The notes below the pieces were generated by a model. That model did no database searches, was not told the DNA's origin, and saw only the letters and a program-made list of their open reading frames with translations. DNA of 64,000 bases, from the NCBI GenBank assembly GCA_963749915.1, contig CAVVOP010000017.1:1-64000 (forward strand), given 5' to 3'. Below are positions 19,726 to 30,341 of this stretch, one piece after another; positions within the stretch are counted from its first letter, which is position 1, and each line of letters starts with the position of its first letter. The stretch comes from an uncultured cyanobacterium. Lineage in GTDB: Bacteria > Cyanobacteriota > Cyanobacteriia > Cyanobacteriales > Cyanobacteriaceae. The position numbers and the translations under genes were made by a program.

Positions 19726-20208
19726 TTACAATTTTACCAAGGCATCTTTCAAGAATGGTGGCAATTGCCGCATAACTCTACCTTTTTCTCGATCAATACC
19801 CACTAAAGTTACCCTACCACTGACATAAATTAAAGGACTTTCCGCCGCCGTAATTTGATAATCCCAATGGATTCTTACCCCTTGAATCTCATTCATTTTG
19901 GTTTTTACTATAGCACGATCGCCCATTCTCATAGATTGATGATAACGAAGATTCACCTCGACAACTAGCAAGTCGCACCCTAAACTAACCAAATTAGCGT
20001 AATCTATTCCTAGGGATCGCAAACATTCGACTCTGGCTTCTTCCATCCAAGTTAAATAATTACCATGCCAAACCACTCCGGCGTAATCTGTATGATGGGG
20101 ATGGGCAACAACAGAATACTCAAACCATTTTTCTATAGTCGCCCGAAAGCCATGATCGAATTCAATCTCCGTTGTCGGAGGTAATTGAGGTTGATGTGGT
20201 TGAGACAA
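19726..20208 (-). CDS. Acyl-CoA thioesterase (4HBT/YbgC family)
   Basis: HTDYAGVVWHGNYLTWMEEAR hotdog-fold motif. Confidence 0.88.
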   Translation of the reverse strand: MSQPHQPQLPPTTEIEFDHGFRATIEKWFEYSVVAHPHHTDYAGVVWHGNYLTWMEEARVECLRSLGIDYANLVSLGCDLLVVEVNLRYHQSMRMGDRAIVKTKMNEIQGVRIHWDYQITAAESPLIYVSGRVTLVGIDREKGRVMRQLPPFLKDALVKL

Positions 20209-20426
20209 TTTACTCCTCCAATATAATTCTAATTATCAAAAATAATCCTATCATAAGGTGACCATAGAGTTCAGGGTTCGGAGTTAACTCAAGGGGTAGC
20301 CTTTAGGTGATACAGAAGAAACAAAAATTGATTTTCTTTCCTGAAGTTTTCACTATCAATAATTACTGCCAATATCAACCGATAATTGGATATACTTTTT
20401 CAGAAACTTAAACTAATTTACCATTT

Positions 20427-21542
20427 ATGACCCCAACAAAAAAAACAATTTGTATTACCTTGGGAACTCGCCCAGAAGCCATAAAATTAGCACCTGTTAT
20501 CAAATGTTTTCAACAAGCAGAGGATTTCGAGACTAAAGTAATTTTAACAGGACAACATCGAGAAATGGTAGAGCAAGTGATGAATTTATTTGAGTTAAGT
20601 GCCACTGCCGACTTAAACATCATGGAAGCAAAACAGAGTTTAAGTGATATTACCTGTCGTAGTTTACAAGGATTGGAGAAAATATTTCAAGAAATTAAAC
20701 CCCAATTAGTCATAACTCAAGGAGACACTACTACTGCCTTTTCCGCCGCCCTAGCCGCTTTTTACCAACAAATCTCTGTGGGCCATGTGGAAGCAGGATT
20801 ACGAACAGACAATATTTATAATCCTTTTCCTGAAGAAGCCAACCGCCGTTTAATTTCTCAAATAGCGCAACTACATTTTGCCCCCACAACCCTAGCTGTG
20901 GAGAATTTATATCAATCAGGAGTAACGGGAGAAATTCATCATACAGGCAACACCGTCATCGATGCCTTGCTTTCTGTTGCCGAAAAAAATCCTCTTTGTA
21001 ATGTTAACGGCTTAGATTGGGGTAAATATCGAGTATTATTAGTAACAGTGCATCGTCGGGAAAACTGGGGACAACCTTTAACGGATATTATCGAAGGCTT
21101 ACAACTCATTTTAGATGAATTTCCCGATACTGCTATTTTACTGCCTTTACATCGAAATCCCATCGTGAGACAACCATTACAAAAAGCATTAGCTAATCAT
21201 GAAAGAGTATTTTTAACTGAACCGTTAGACTACGAGGAATTAGTAGGTGCAATTCAACGCAGTTATTTACTTCTAACTGATTCTGGTGGTTTACAAGAAG
21301 AAGCTCCTAGTTTAGGTAAACCTGTCTTAGTTTTACGAGAAACGACGGAAAGACCAGAAGCAGTAACAGCAGGAACAGCAAAATTAATCGGGACAAATTC
21401 TTATCAAATTTTATCGAGTACCTGTGATTTATTGGCTAATCAAGATAATTATAATCAAATGGCGGGGGCAATTAACCCCTTTGGAGATGGTCAAGCCTCC
21501 AGTCGAATTGTAGAAATTTCTCGCAATTATTTAAGACAATAA
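20427..21542 (+). CDS. wecB: UDP-N-acetylglucosamine 2-epimerase (non-hydrolysing)
   Basis: GTRPEAIKLAP, QGDTTT, HVEAGLRT, HRRENWG, TDSGGLQEEAPSLGKP. Confidence 0.96.
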   Translation: MTPTKKTICITLGTRPEAIKLAPVIKCFQQAEDFETKVILTGQHREMVEQVMNLFELSATADLNIMEAKQSLSDITCRSLQGLEKIFQEIKPQLVITQGDTTTAFSAALAAFYQQISVGHVEAGLRTDNIYNPFPEEANRRLISQIAQLHFAPTTLAVENLYQSGVTGEIHHTGNTVIDALLSVAEKNPLCNVNGLDWGKYRVLLVTVHRRENWGQPLTDIIEGLQLILDEFPDTAILLPLHRNPIVRQPLQKALANHERVFLTEPLDYEELVGAIQRSYLLLTDSGGLQEEAPSLGKPVLVLRETTERPEAVTAGTAKLIGTNSYQILSSTCDLLANQDNYNQMAGAINPFGDGQASSRIVEISRNYLRQ

Positions 21543-21615
21543 AAATAAGTTGTTCATAAGCCTTTTAGGGTTAGAAAGGGCTAAAGTCTTCCCTACGAAA
21601 TCTTTGAAATTTTTA

Positions 21616-22278
21616 TTATTTTACTTGATAAACTCTAGCCGAAGGATTATAAGTTATTTCCGCTTCAATTTCCTTTAAAATGCGATAATAATAACTAGTT
21701 TCACGATGGTTAATATTGAATACATTTAAACTTTTTTGTTGTTTTAGAAACTCCTTTCTCACGGCAACATTACCAATTTGTCCATCAAATATACCAGTCC
21801 ATTTAAACTTATCTTTATTTATAAATTTATTAAGTAAGTGAAATATTTTTTTGATTATGTTTTGGGTTTCTACTTGGCAAATTTCCCCCGCTACTATATT
21901 AACACTGCCATCGCCAAATGACTTAATTAAATTGTCCAACCAATTATTATCAGGATAGGTATTGGCTTCGGTAACAACAATAATTTCTCCCTCGGTTAAT
22001 TCAATAATTTTCTTATATATATCATTAATTGTTTGATTTTTATTAACGTTAATAACCTCTATCTTACACTGCTTATTTTGATAATTTTTAAAATTTTCTA
22101 AACATAAATTAATATTTTTTTTCTCCTGAATATTATTTAGCAATATAATTTGATATTTCCCTAATAAACTAGATTGTTTAATTATTAATTCAATTAAATG
22201 CACTAGAAATTTAGAATAAATATTAATAATGACAATAATAGAAAAAAACTGATGCTTATTGGACAATGTTTTCAGCAA
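21616..22278 (-). CDS. Degenerate glycosyltransferase family 2-like protein
   Basis: GEIIVVTEANTYPDNNWLDNLI...IVAGEI resembles GT2 FTDAD.....WL but lacks DxD; very AT-rich. Confidence 0.5.
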   Translation of the reverse strand: MLKTLSNKHQFFSIIVIINIYSKFLVHLIELIIKQSSLLGKYQIILLNNIQEKKNINLCLENFKNYQNKQCKIEVINVNKNQTINDIYKKIIELTEGEIIVVTEANTYPDNNWLDNLIKSFGDGSVNIVAGEICQVETQNIIKKIFHLLNKFINKDKFKWTGIFDGQIGNVAVRKEFLKQQKSLNVFNINHRETSYYYRILKEIEAEITYNPSARVYQVK

Positions 22279-22292
22279 AATCTTAATAAAAA

Positions 22293-22721
22293 TTAGTTGT
22301 CAATTTGGGGCGTTTTTTGATTTTGTAGTAAAGGAATTGCCCTTTCCACAGGGGGCAATTTAGATCTATCTACTTCGGGCTTTTGAGTACTATCCGTATT
22401 AGTTTGCGTCGGTAGTTGTGTTTGCGGCGATGCAGTCTCATCTGGTGCAGTCTCATTTGGTGCAGGAGGATTTGTGGGGGCGATTGCGGGGGGTATATTC
22501 GGTGCTGTTGTCGTAGGGGTAGCCGTAGTTGATGGATCAGGAGATACTGATTTAGAAGTAGAACACAAAAAGGACAAATTTATCCTTTTACCATTAGCAT
22601 CAATGAGATAACAAAGTGGTGTTGCCAATGAGGAATTACCGATACATATTGTACTAAAAATACTTAAAGTAATCGGGGTCAAATAATTAAACCAGTGATG
22701 TGGGTTAAAAGTATGTTTCAT
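22293..22721 (-). CDS. Secreted hypothetical protein with Cys-pair N-terminal motif and Pro/Thr-rich tail
   Basis: Signal peptide, CYLIDANGKRINLSFLC motif, low-complexity tail. Confidence 0.7.
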   Translation of the reverse strand: MKHTFNPHHWFNYLTPITLSIFSTICIGNSSLATPLCYLIDANGKRINLSFLCSTSKSVSPDPSTTATPTTTAPNIPPAIAPTNPPAPNETAPDETASPQTQLPTQTNTDSTQKPEVDRSKLPPVERAIPLLQNQKTPQIDN

Positions 22722-22808
22722 TTTTTATGGGGAAAATTTTTTCAAATAAATTATAATCTTTGTTGTCAATATCATTAGCAATTAACTGTTTTTTATTAAT
22801 CTTATTTA

Positions 22809-23084
22809 TCAGTTTTCTTTGATTATAAAATCAGGACAGCCTATGGCAAATTCAGTATTAGCAGTTAAAGGTCGAAGGGTGCATTTTAGACGATAATTAT
22901 TAGTAAAATACTGACATCGACTACAGGGTATTTGGTGCATAATTTGCCCCCGTTTTTTTATGTCCCTTAAACTTGTAATTAATGTCCAGAATAATAAACC
23001 CAAAAAAAACCAAGCAATTAAGAAATAAACAGGTTGGAAATAAGGGTTATAAGTGTCAAAAAAGTTAGTTATAATCGGTAACAT
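22809..23084 (-). CDS. Small cyanobacterial membrane protein with Cys-rich domain
   Basis: TM segment, then HQIPCSRCQYFT..YRLKCT.RP....E.AIGCPDF. Confidence 0.75.
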   Translation of the reverse strand: MLPIITNFFDTYNPYFQPVYFLIAWFFLGLLFWTLITSLRDIKKRGQIMHQIPCSRCQYFTNNYRLKCTLRPLTANTEFAIGCPDFIIKEN

Positions 23085-23159
23085 AATAATTAAAAATTAA
23101 CAGAGAATAAGGGCAGTAGGCAGTAGTTAACCATCAATTAATTATCAATTATCAATTAT

Positions 23160-24083
23160 TTAATAGGTTGCTTGCAACAAATTAACTAATTGGGAAATCT
23201 GTTCTTTATTAAAAACTTTGATCAGAGTTTTGGCGGCAATATTGGGGTCTACACTAATTAAAACTTGGGGTAATTTAGAGTAAGCCAATTGTTCTAAACC
23301 TTGAGAAGGAGCAATTTCTGATCCTTTTCCTACTTCTAAACAATCCCCTGCTAATTTCACTTCTTTAATGATAACAGGTGCTAACAAACGATAAGAATGT
23401 TTGGGATTATTAATAGCTTGTTTTGCACATTTAATTATGTTTTGCCAGCCATTTTCCTGCGGTGCAATATTGAGCAATTTATCGCACATAGTTTGTAATT
23501 GTTGGCGATTATTTGACGTTGATTCTTGCTTAAAAATAACTAACATTTGTTGCAATATTTGTCTAACCTGCATAACTAACTCATTACTGGGAATTGCGGT
23601 CAGAGACGGACTTGCCGTGGGAGCAGAAATAGAAGTAACTTGAGGTGGTTTTGGTACTTCCCCATCGGCTAATTGTTGAATATAATTCTGTAACTCTACA
23701 AAGTGAGGCTCAGCGGCCTCCATGATTTGTTCCCCTTCTTCATTGGATAAACCAAAAGGCCCTTGCAAACGCTCTAATAAATCCTGTAGAATGTCATAGG
23801 CTTTGAGAAAAAGACTTTCTAAAGTTTGATCTGTTTCAATGGGATCATCTCGCAATATTTTAAAAGCATCCTCAAAACGGTGGGCTGTTTTTTGAATACT
23901 AGTGAAGTTTAACATCGCCGCCCCCCCTTTGATGGAATGAGCTGCCCTAAATAATTCATTAATACTTTCTTCATCATTCACCGCAGAAGATAAATCTAAA
24001 ATACCTTTTTCAATGGTTTCTAAATGTTCTTTAGCTTCTTCGATAAAATACCCCACAATTCTCTCATTATTAGTACTGTCCAT
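23160..24083 (-). CDS. Stand-alone CheA-like Hpt (P1) domain protein
   Basis: YFIEEAKEHL...ELFRAAHSIKGGAAML; no kinase domain. Confidence 0.88.
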   Translation of the reverse strand: MDSTNNERIVGYFIEEAKEHLETIEKGILDLSSAVNDEESINELFRAAHSIKGGAAMLNFTSIQKTAHRFEDAFKILRDDPIETDQTLESLFLKAYDILQDLLERLQGPFGLSNEEGEQIMEAAEPHFVELQNYIQQLADGEVPKPPQVTSISAPTASPSLTAIPSNELVMQVRQILQQMLVIFKQESTSNNRQQLQTMCDKLLNIAPQENGWQNIIKCAKQAINNPKHSYRLLAPVIIKEVKLAGDCLEVGKGSEIAPSQGLEQLAYSKLPQVLISVDPNIAAKTLIKVFNKEQISQLVNLLQATY

Positions 24084-24246
24084 AGTCGTTTACTCCCACA
24101 AACTCAAAACTGCCTATTTTATTTAGTCTTACATTATAATAGTAACCTAGAACAATGAGCAATGAATAATGACCACTGACTTCGGAAAAAAAGACCACCG
24201 CTAAATACTTACTTGATTCTGGGGAGGAAAAGATACAGGCCCGAAT

Positions 24247-24834
24247 CTATTGTATACCACATTGAACCATTCTCTCTGCTAAGACGGAGTATGCTAGTCT
24301 GCCTCCAGTAATGGAGTATTCCGGGCGAGGATTGGGAAAATGTCCCATAGGTGCCGTCGATGTATAATTAAGGTTTTCAATGAAAATAATCCAGTCATTA
24401 TCTTTCCGCCAACCGACGCGATCGCCAAAAAGGTTATAGGCATCATCGCCAATAAGTCTCCCCGGACGATTTCCCGTATCAAGGTAAATGGGAAGTTGAA
24501 CGCTAAAACCAAACCTATTATCAGAATTTTCTAGCCACAATCTATCTATGGTTTTCAAATCCCAACAGGGAAGATTTTTGAAGTCAGAAGGAGGAATCCA
24601 ACCAATAGATTTTCTGCCACTGGCTTGCAACATAATATTTCTGGTCTCATCATTAGCTTTACGCCAATTTTGATCTGCTAAATATTTAGCAAGGTTGTTA
24701 AAATCCACTTTACTTTCAGGGGAGATGAGGTCAGAGTTTTCGGTGACGAGACTGGTTTGAGCGTGAGTCTTATTCAGGAAGTTACAAGAGGCAAAAGTTA
24801 GGGTAACAGCAAGAAACAATGGTTTAATTTTCAT
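24247..24834 (-). CDS. GUN4-domain protein with signal peptide
   Basis: LA.QNWRKANDET, PCWDLKTIDRLW...S..RFGFSVQ, GDRVGWR, APMGHFP. Confidence 0.88.
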   Translation of the reverse strand: MKIKPLFLAVTLTFASCNFLNKTHAQTSLVTENSDLISPESKVDFNNLAKYLADQNWRKANDETRNIMLQASGRKSIGWIPPSDFKNLPCWDLKTIDRLWLENSDNRFGFSVQLPIYLDTGNRPGRLIGDDAYNLFGDRVGWRKDNDWIIFIENLNYTSTAPMGHFPNPRPEYSITGGRLAYSVLAERMVQCGIQ

Positions 24835-24874
24835 ATTTCACCGGATTAAATTATTTTTAGTTAGTTAATATATC

Positions 24875-24903
24875 GTTAATTGTTAATTGTTAATTGTTAA
24901 TTA
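24875..24903. repeat. Heptamer tandem repeat (GTTAATT)n
   Basis: GTTAATT x4 downstream of leuC; similar heptamer runs at about 23140, 28436, 37405 and 56730. Confidence 0.75.
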
Positions 24904-24904
24904 T

Positions 24905-26305
24905 TTAAAGTTCTCTTATGTCCGAGACCTTACCATTAATGGCGGCGGCGACCACCATAGCAGGACTCATCAATAAAGTTCGCCCTTGAGCAGATCCTTG
25001 ACGACCTTTAAAGTTACGATTAGAAGACGATGCACTAATTTGCTCTCCTTGTAGCTTATCAGGATTCATAGCTAAACACATGGAACAACCGGGTTCGCGC
25101 CATTCAAAACCAGCATCCAAGAATATATGATGTAATCCTTCCGCTTCGGCTTGTTGTTTTACTCTTTCTGAACCGGGGACCACAAAGGCTTTGACATTAT
25201 CTGCAACTTTATGTCCTTGAGCAAATTTTGCCGCTTCCCTTAAATCACTGATTCTGCCGTTGGTACAACTACCGATGAAACAGACATCTATGGGTGTACC
25301 TTTAAGGGGTTGACCTGCTTGTAATTGCATATATTTAAAGGCCTCCACGGCAATTTCTTTGTCATTTTCAGGTAAACTGTCTAGAGTTGGTAAGGATTCA
25401 CTGATACCAATTCCCTGACCGGGAGTAATGCCCCATGTAACCGTTGGCTCAATATCACTGGCGTTAAAGGTGACAATATCATCATATTGGGCATCAGCAT
25501 CACTGCGAATACTTTCCCACCACGCCACCGCTTGATCCCATTGTTCTCCTTTGGGGGCAAAATCTTTATCTTTGAGATATGCAAAAGTTACTTGATCAGG
25601 ATTAATATAACCGCAACGAGCACCCCCTTCGATGGACATATTACATACGGTCATTCGTTCTTCCATATTCATCTTTTCAAGGGTAGTCCCGCCATACTCA
25701 TATGCATAACCAACTCCGCCATTTACCCCTAATTTGCGGATAATATGCAAAATTATGTCCTTAGCGTAAACTCCTTGGGGTAATTCTCCGTTTACCTCAA
25801 TCTTTCTGACTTTTAACTTGGTTAAAGATAAGGTTTGAGAAGCCAACACATCTCTTACCTGGGATGTTCCAATACCAAAGGCGATCGCCCCAAAAGCTCC
25901 ATGGGTCGAAGTATGTGAGTCACCACAGGCAATGGTCATACCGGGTTGAGTTAGCCCCTGTTCTGGTGCAATTACATGGACAATACCTTGATTCCCAGAA
26001 TTGGTATTATAAAATCTGATCCCATTTTCTCTGGTGTTATTTTCTAAGGCTTGAATCATCTCTTCTGCCAGACTATCCATAAAAGGACGAGCTTGATTTT
26101 CTGTAGGTACGATGTGATCCACCGTAGCCACTGTGCGTTCAGGAAAGAGTACTTGAATATTTCTTTCTCGAATCATCGCAAAGGCTTGAGGACTAGTTAC
26201 TTCGTGAATTAAATGTAAGCCGATAAATAATTGAGTTTGCCCAGAAGGTAACGTACCAACGGTGTGTAAATTCCAGACTTTATCAAATAACGTTCCTTTA
26301 CTCAT
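24905..26305 (-). CDS. leuC: 3-isopropylmalate dehydratase large subunit
   Basis: [48 protein letters not shown]. Confidence 0.98.
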   Translation of the reverse strand: MSKGTLFDKVWNLHTVGTLPSGQTQLFIGLHLIHEVTSPQAFAMIRERNIQVLFPERTVATVDHIVPTENQARPFMDSLAEEMIQALENNTRENGIRFYNTNSGNQGIVHVIAPEQGLTQPGMTIACGDSHTSTHGAFGAIAFGIGTSQVRDVLASQTLSLTKLKVRKIEVNGELPQGVYAKDIILHIIRKLGVNGGVGYAYEYGGTTLEKMNMEERMTVCNMSIEGGARCGYINPDQVTFAYLKDKDFAPKGEQWDQAVAWWESIRSDADAQYDDIVTFNASDIEPTVTWGITPGQGIGISESLPTLDSLPENDKEIAVEAFKYMQLQAGQPLKGTPIDVCFIGSCTNGRISDLREAAKFAQGHKVADNVKAFVVPGSERVKQQAEAEGLHHIFLDAGFEWREPGCSMCLAMNPDKLQGEQISASSSNRNFKGRQGSAQGRTLLMSPAMVVAAAINGKVSDIREL

Positions 26306-26430
26306 ATTAATTTTATTTAGGGAAAATGCTCTAATTGTTTATATTATCCTTGAGAGACGACGATTTAGGCAATGAACAAAGAACAATCAATAATTAATTT
26401 TCCTCTGGCTTTCTATTCCCCATTTCCTAC

Positions 26431-26808
26431 TTAAGCAATATCTTTAAATTCTCTGCCGAAGGGAAATAAAGCTAGAGGAACTAATTTAAAATGTTGTTTA
26501 GCGAAGGGTAGTCCAATAATCGTAATCGCTAAAATTGCACCGTGTAAAAGATGAGATAAAGCAATTTCCCAACCAAAAAAGATCACCCAAATAACGTTAA
26601 AAATCATACCAAGAAGGCTGGAAGGATCACCGGTGACAATATTTTCCTTGCCAAAAGGTGTCATAGTTGCCACACCAATTTTAATAGTTTGTAAGCCGAA
26701 GGGAATGCCGATGATCGTCAGACAAAGGGTTAAACCGCCGAGAATATAGCCTAACCCGCTAATGAAACCGCCGAAAATGAGCCAAATAATGTTGCCAAGT
26801 AAAGTCAT
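26431..26808 (-). CDS. YccF-domain inner membrane protein
   Basis: Two repeats of N.IW..F.G...TIIG.PF......PFG. Confidence 0.9.
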   Translation of the reverse strand: MTLLGNIIWLIFGGFISGLGYILGGLTLCLTIIGIPFGLQTIKIGVATMTPFGKENIVTGDPSSLLGMIFNVIWVIFFGWEIALSHLLHGAILAITIIGLPFAKQHFKLVPLALFPFGREFKDIA

Positions 26809-26913
26809 GACGATGATTTGAATGATTAATTGATGATTATGATTGATAATGCCCTTTAATTCCCCCCTTGGCTACTTTTCCTCCTTGTATTGCCGCCATC
26901 AGTTTGTAAAAAA

Positions 26914-27006
26914 CAGGACTTACGCATTTTGACGTAAATTTGTTGTTTTAGCGATCGCTTTTGAACCAAAGCTCAAGGGTTTCAATGCTGTTTTGCGTAA
27001 GTCCTG
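26914..27006. mobile_element. 93-bp MITE-like element
   Basis: Perfect 13-bp terminal inverted repeats CAGGACTTACGCA / TGCGTAAGTCCTG, A-runs on both flanks, internal HIP1 site. Confidence 0.7.
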
Positions 27007-27075
27007 AAAAACTTACTCGTCTGTCAAGGGGGTTTATTTATTGCTTAAAATGAAACATAGAGGTACTTCACGATA

Positions 27076-27471
27076 CTATTTTGGTTCAAATTTTAACGCT
27101 ACAGAATTCATGCAATAACGTTTACCGGTAGGATTAGGACCATCATCAAAAACATGACCTAAATGGGCGTCACAAGCACCACATAGTACTTCAGTTCGTT
27201 TCATAAAGAGGCTAATATCAGTTTTGTAAGCGATGTTATCTTCTTTTGCTGGTTGCCAAAAACTGGGCCATCCAGTCCCAGAATCATATTTAGTGTCAGA
27301 AGTAAATAATTCATTACCACAACACACACATCTATAAATCCCTTCGTCTTTATTTTTATTATATTCTCCGGTAAAGGCTCTTTCTGTACCGTGCTTTCTG
27401 GTTACTTGAAACTGTTCAGGGGTCAAAATTTCCTTCCATTCAGCTTCCGTTTTTTTGATTTTTTCTACCAT
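27076..27471 (-). CDS. msrB: Peptide methionine-(R)-sulfoxide reductase
   Basis: [36 protein letters not shown]. Confidence 0.97.
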   Translation of the reverse strand: MVEKIKKTEAEWKEILTPEQFQVTRKHGTERAFTGEYNKNKDEGIYRCVCCGNELFTSDTKYDSGTGWPSFWQPAKEDNIAYKTDISLFMKRTEVLCGACDAHLGHVFDDGPNPTGKRYCMNSVALKFEPK

Positions 27472-27546
27472 GATATTATGATAATTTATGATTAAGATTT
27501 GTAACTATTAGTCCTTCCATTTTATCATTAGATCTTAGCTCAGATC

Positions 27547-28329
27547 TCAGTAATTCGTTGGTAAATCCCAATATTTCGCCCTCTCTTCTAACCAACCTTC
27601 TTGTTTTAATTTTCTCACTACTCCATTAACTCGATCCCGTAGTTCTTGATATTGTCTTCCTTTTGGTAGTGCGATCGCCAAAGGATAACCGCCAAAAATT
27701 GTCGGTAATAGTTGATAATCAGGGTTTTCTTGTATCCATCCGCTTAAAATCGTTATGTCTCCCGCAAAACCTTGAATTTCTCCCGATACCATTAATTCTA
27801 AGGCTTGTTGATAGGATGAGACTGCTTGTAACTTGGCTTGAGGTAAATTATACCTAATTTGAGCGATAGATCTTGAATTGTTGAGGACACCTATTTTTCC
27901 GCTAAAATTGCTGATATTAGGGGTTATTTGTCCTTTCTTAACAATAATTCCTGTACCGTCCAAATAATAAAAATCGCTAAAATTTACTAAACGCTGACGA
28001 GAAGAATTAACGGTTATAGAAGCGATGGCCAAATCTATTTCCACATCGGTTACTTTTTGTATTCTATCCTGATTGGCGAGGGGAATTAACTGAAGGGCAT
28101 TTTCATCCCCAAGTAATTCTAAAGCTAAACGACGGGCGATGTCAATTTCTAACCCTTGTAAATTGCCTTGTGCATCTCGATAACCAAGAGGACGCAAATT
28201 ATCTTTGACTCCTATCACTAATTCTCCTCGCTTTTGGATTTCTTGCCATTCTGCACTATTAACTTGTATGGCAGTACTCAGGAAAAAAACGATCGTCATT
28301 ACTGTAAGACTGATTAATTTTCGAGCCAT
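27547..28329 (-). CDS. Amino-acid ABC transporter substrate-binding protein (family 3)
   Basis: Signal peptide, IQKRGELVIGVK, GLEIDIAR, VNFSDFYY. Confidence 0.88.
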   Translation of the reverse strand: MARKLISLTVMTIVFFLSTAIQVNSAEWQEIQKRGELVIGVKDNLRPLGYRDAQGNLQGLEIDIARRLALELLGDENALQLIPLANQDRIQKVTDVEIDLAIASITVNSSRQRLVNFSDFYYLDGTGIIVKKGQITPNISNFSGKIGVLNNSRSIAQIRYNLPQAKLQAVSSYQQALELMVSGEIQGFAGDITILSGWIQENPDYQLLPTIFGGYPLAIALPKGRQYQELRDRVNGVVRKLKQEGWLEERAKYWDLPTNY

Positions 28330-28610
28330 GATTTTAGTGATAAGTCCGATTCGTGTATAATGAATTGGTTAAAATAAAGAACAAAGTCAGCAATTTTTTC
28401 TGATTTTTCCAGTCCCAAGGGTCTCCTCCAATACTGAATTCTGAATTCTGAATTCTACATTTCCCTCGTGAGGACGTTTTTGAGCCTAACCGAGAAGTAT
28501 TGGGGTCTCCTCTACAAAACCGTGAACTCGGGACTCTCAACCCCCAACTAATTTATTCATTGCTATACAATAAATTTTATCTACTTACTTGACCCGTTGT
28601 TAAATATTTA

Positions 28611-30341
28611 ATGTTAATTGCCATTCGGATTGATAATTTTGCTTTAGTAGATCATTTAGAATTAGAGTGTGGAAACGGTTTAAATGTTTTGACAGGGGAA
28701 ACTGGTGCCGGAAAGTCCATTATTCTCGATGCCATTGACGTGGTGTTGGGGGGAAAAGCTAATCAAAGGATGGTTCGTAGTGGTGCTAAAAAAGCTATTG
28801 TCGAAGCCTGTTTTCAAACGAATCCTGACTTAGAAAGCTGGTTAGAATCTCAAGAAATGGAATCTTTCAACGATGGTACGGTAGTTTGTAGTCGTGATTT
28901 AACCATCAGTAAAGATAATTTTCGTTCTCGGTGTCGAGTTAACGGGGTTGTCGTTAATAAGCAGATTATTACTCAATTGCGCGATCGCCTTTTAGAAGTT
29001 ACCGCCCAAGGAGAAACAGGTCAACTCCTTTCAAACAGTAGTCAACGGGATTTGTTAGACGCTTATGGGGGGAAAGAATTAATCCAACAACGACAGTTAG
29101 TTAGTGAAGCCTTTACGATGACACAACAGGCTGAACAAGCCCTCGAATACCGTCGCCAATCGGAACAACAACGGTTACAACGTCTTGATCTGATTCAACA
29201 TCAAATTAAAGAATTAACCACTATTCATTTACAATCCCCTATAGAATTAGAACAATTGGAGATTGAAAGCGATCGCCTTACTCATGTGGTTGAACTACAA
29301 CAATTAAGCTATCAAGCTTATCAATTATTATATCAAAGTGATTCTGAGGAAAACCAAGCGGTAACCGATATATTAGGCAAGGCCGCATCAATCATCGCTG
29401 ACATGGTCAATTATGACAAGGAATTAAACTCTGTTCTCGAAATTGTCCAAGAAGCATTGAATCAAGTCGTAGAAGCAGGACAACAAATTTATAGTTATGG
29501 GGCGGGGTTAGAAGCAGATCCTGACAGATTAGAGGAAGTAGAAGAACGTATTAGACTCTTAAAGCGAATTTGCCGTAAATATGGACCAAAATTAGAAGAT
29601 GTGATTAATTATTATGAAAGTCTCAAACAAGAGTTAACGGAATTAACCGATAATGGTAAATCCATCGAAGAATTAGACCGAGAATATCAAGAACATCAGG
29701 TAAAACTACTGAAACTATGCACTAAATTAACCCAACTGCGACAAGTCGCTGCCCAAAAATTAGAAGCACAATTAACCAATGAATTAAAACCTCTCGGTAT
29801 GGCAAAAGTACAGTTTCAGTGTCGAGTAACCCCGGTAAATCCTCATCTCGTGGGGGCGGATCAAGTAGAATATTATTTCAGCCCAAATCCCGGAGAAGAT
29901 TTACAACCCTTAGCCATGACTGCTTCAGGGGGGGAAATGAGTCGTTTTCTCTTGGCTTTAAAGTCTTGTTTCACTCAGTCAGAAATGGATACTAAAACCC
30001 TAATTTTTGATGAAATTGATGCCGGAGTTTCTGGTAAAGTTGCCCAAGCCATCGCTGAAAAGTTACATACCCTCAGCAAACAACATCAGGTGTTATGTGT
30101 CACCCATCAACCCCTGGTTGCGGCAATGGCTGATCATCATTTTCGCGTAGAAAAACACCTCATCAAATCACAGGAAAATCAAGAAGTAAGAACCGTTGTT
30201 AAAGTAACCCACTTAGAACATCAAGATCATCGCCGGGATGAATTGGCAGAACTTACAGGAGGTCATTCGGCGGAAGATGCCATCGCTTTTGCTGATTCTT
30301 TGTTAGAAACTGCCACCTTAATCAAAAAAAGAAAACCCTAA
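28611..30341 (+). CDS. recN: DNA repair protein RecN
   Basis: LTGETGAGKSI, ASGGEMSR, FDEIDAGVSG, CVTHQP. Confidence 0.97.
   Translation: MLIAIRIDNFALVDHLELECGNGLNVLTGETGAGKSIILDAIDVVLGGKANQRMVRSGAKKAIVEACFQTNPDLESWLESQEMESFNDGTVVCSRDLTISKDNFRSRCRVNGVVVNKQIITQLRDRLLEVTAQGETGQLLSNSSQRDLLDAYGGKELIQQRQLVSEAFTMTQQAEQALEYRRQSEQQRLQRLDLIQHQIKELTTIHLQSPIELEQLEIESDRLTHVVELQQLSYQAYQLLYQSDSEENQAVTDILGKAASIIADMVNYDKELNSVLEIVQEALNQVVEAGQQIYSYGAGLEADPDRLEEVEERIRLLKRICRKYGPKLEDVINYYESLKQELTELTDNGKSIEELDREYQEHQVKLLKLCTKLTQLRQVAAQKLEAQLTNELKPLGMAKVQFQCRVTPVNPHLVGADQVEYYFSPNPGEDLQPLAMTASGGEMSRFLLALKSCFTQSEMDTKTLIFDEIDAGVSGKVAQAIAEKLHTLSKQHQVLCVTHQPLVAAMADHHFRVEKHLIKSQENQEVRTVVKVTHLEHQDHRRDELAELTGGHSAEDAIAFADSLLETATLIKKRKP

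Noticed and set aside
28334..28560. 68-aa ORF and duplicated GGGTCTCCTC with (CTGAATT)3
   Set aside because: The ORF translates heptamer repeats; only two short copies, so not a CRISPR array or a supportable element
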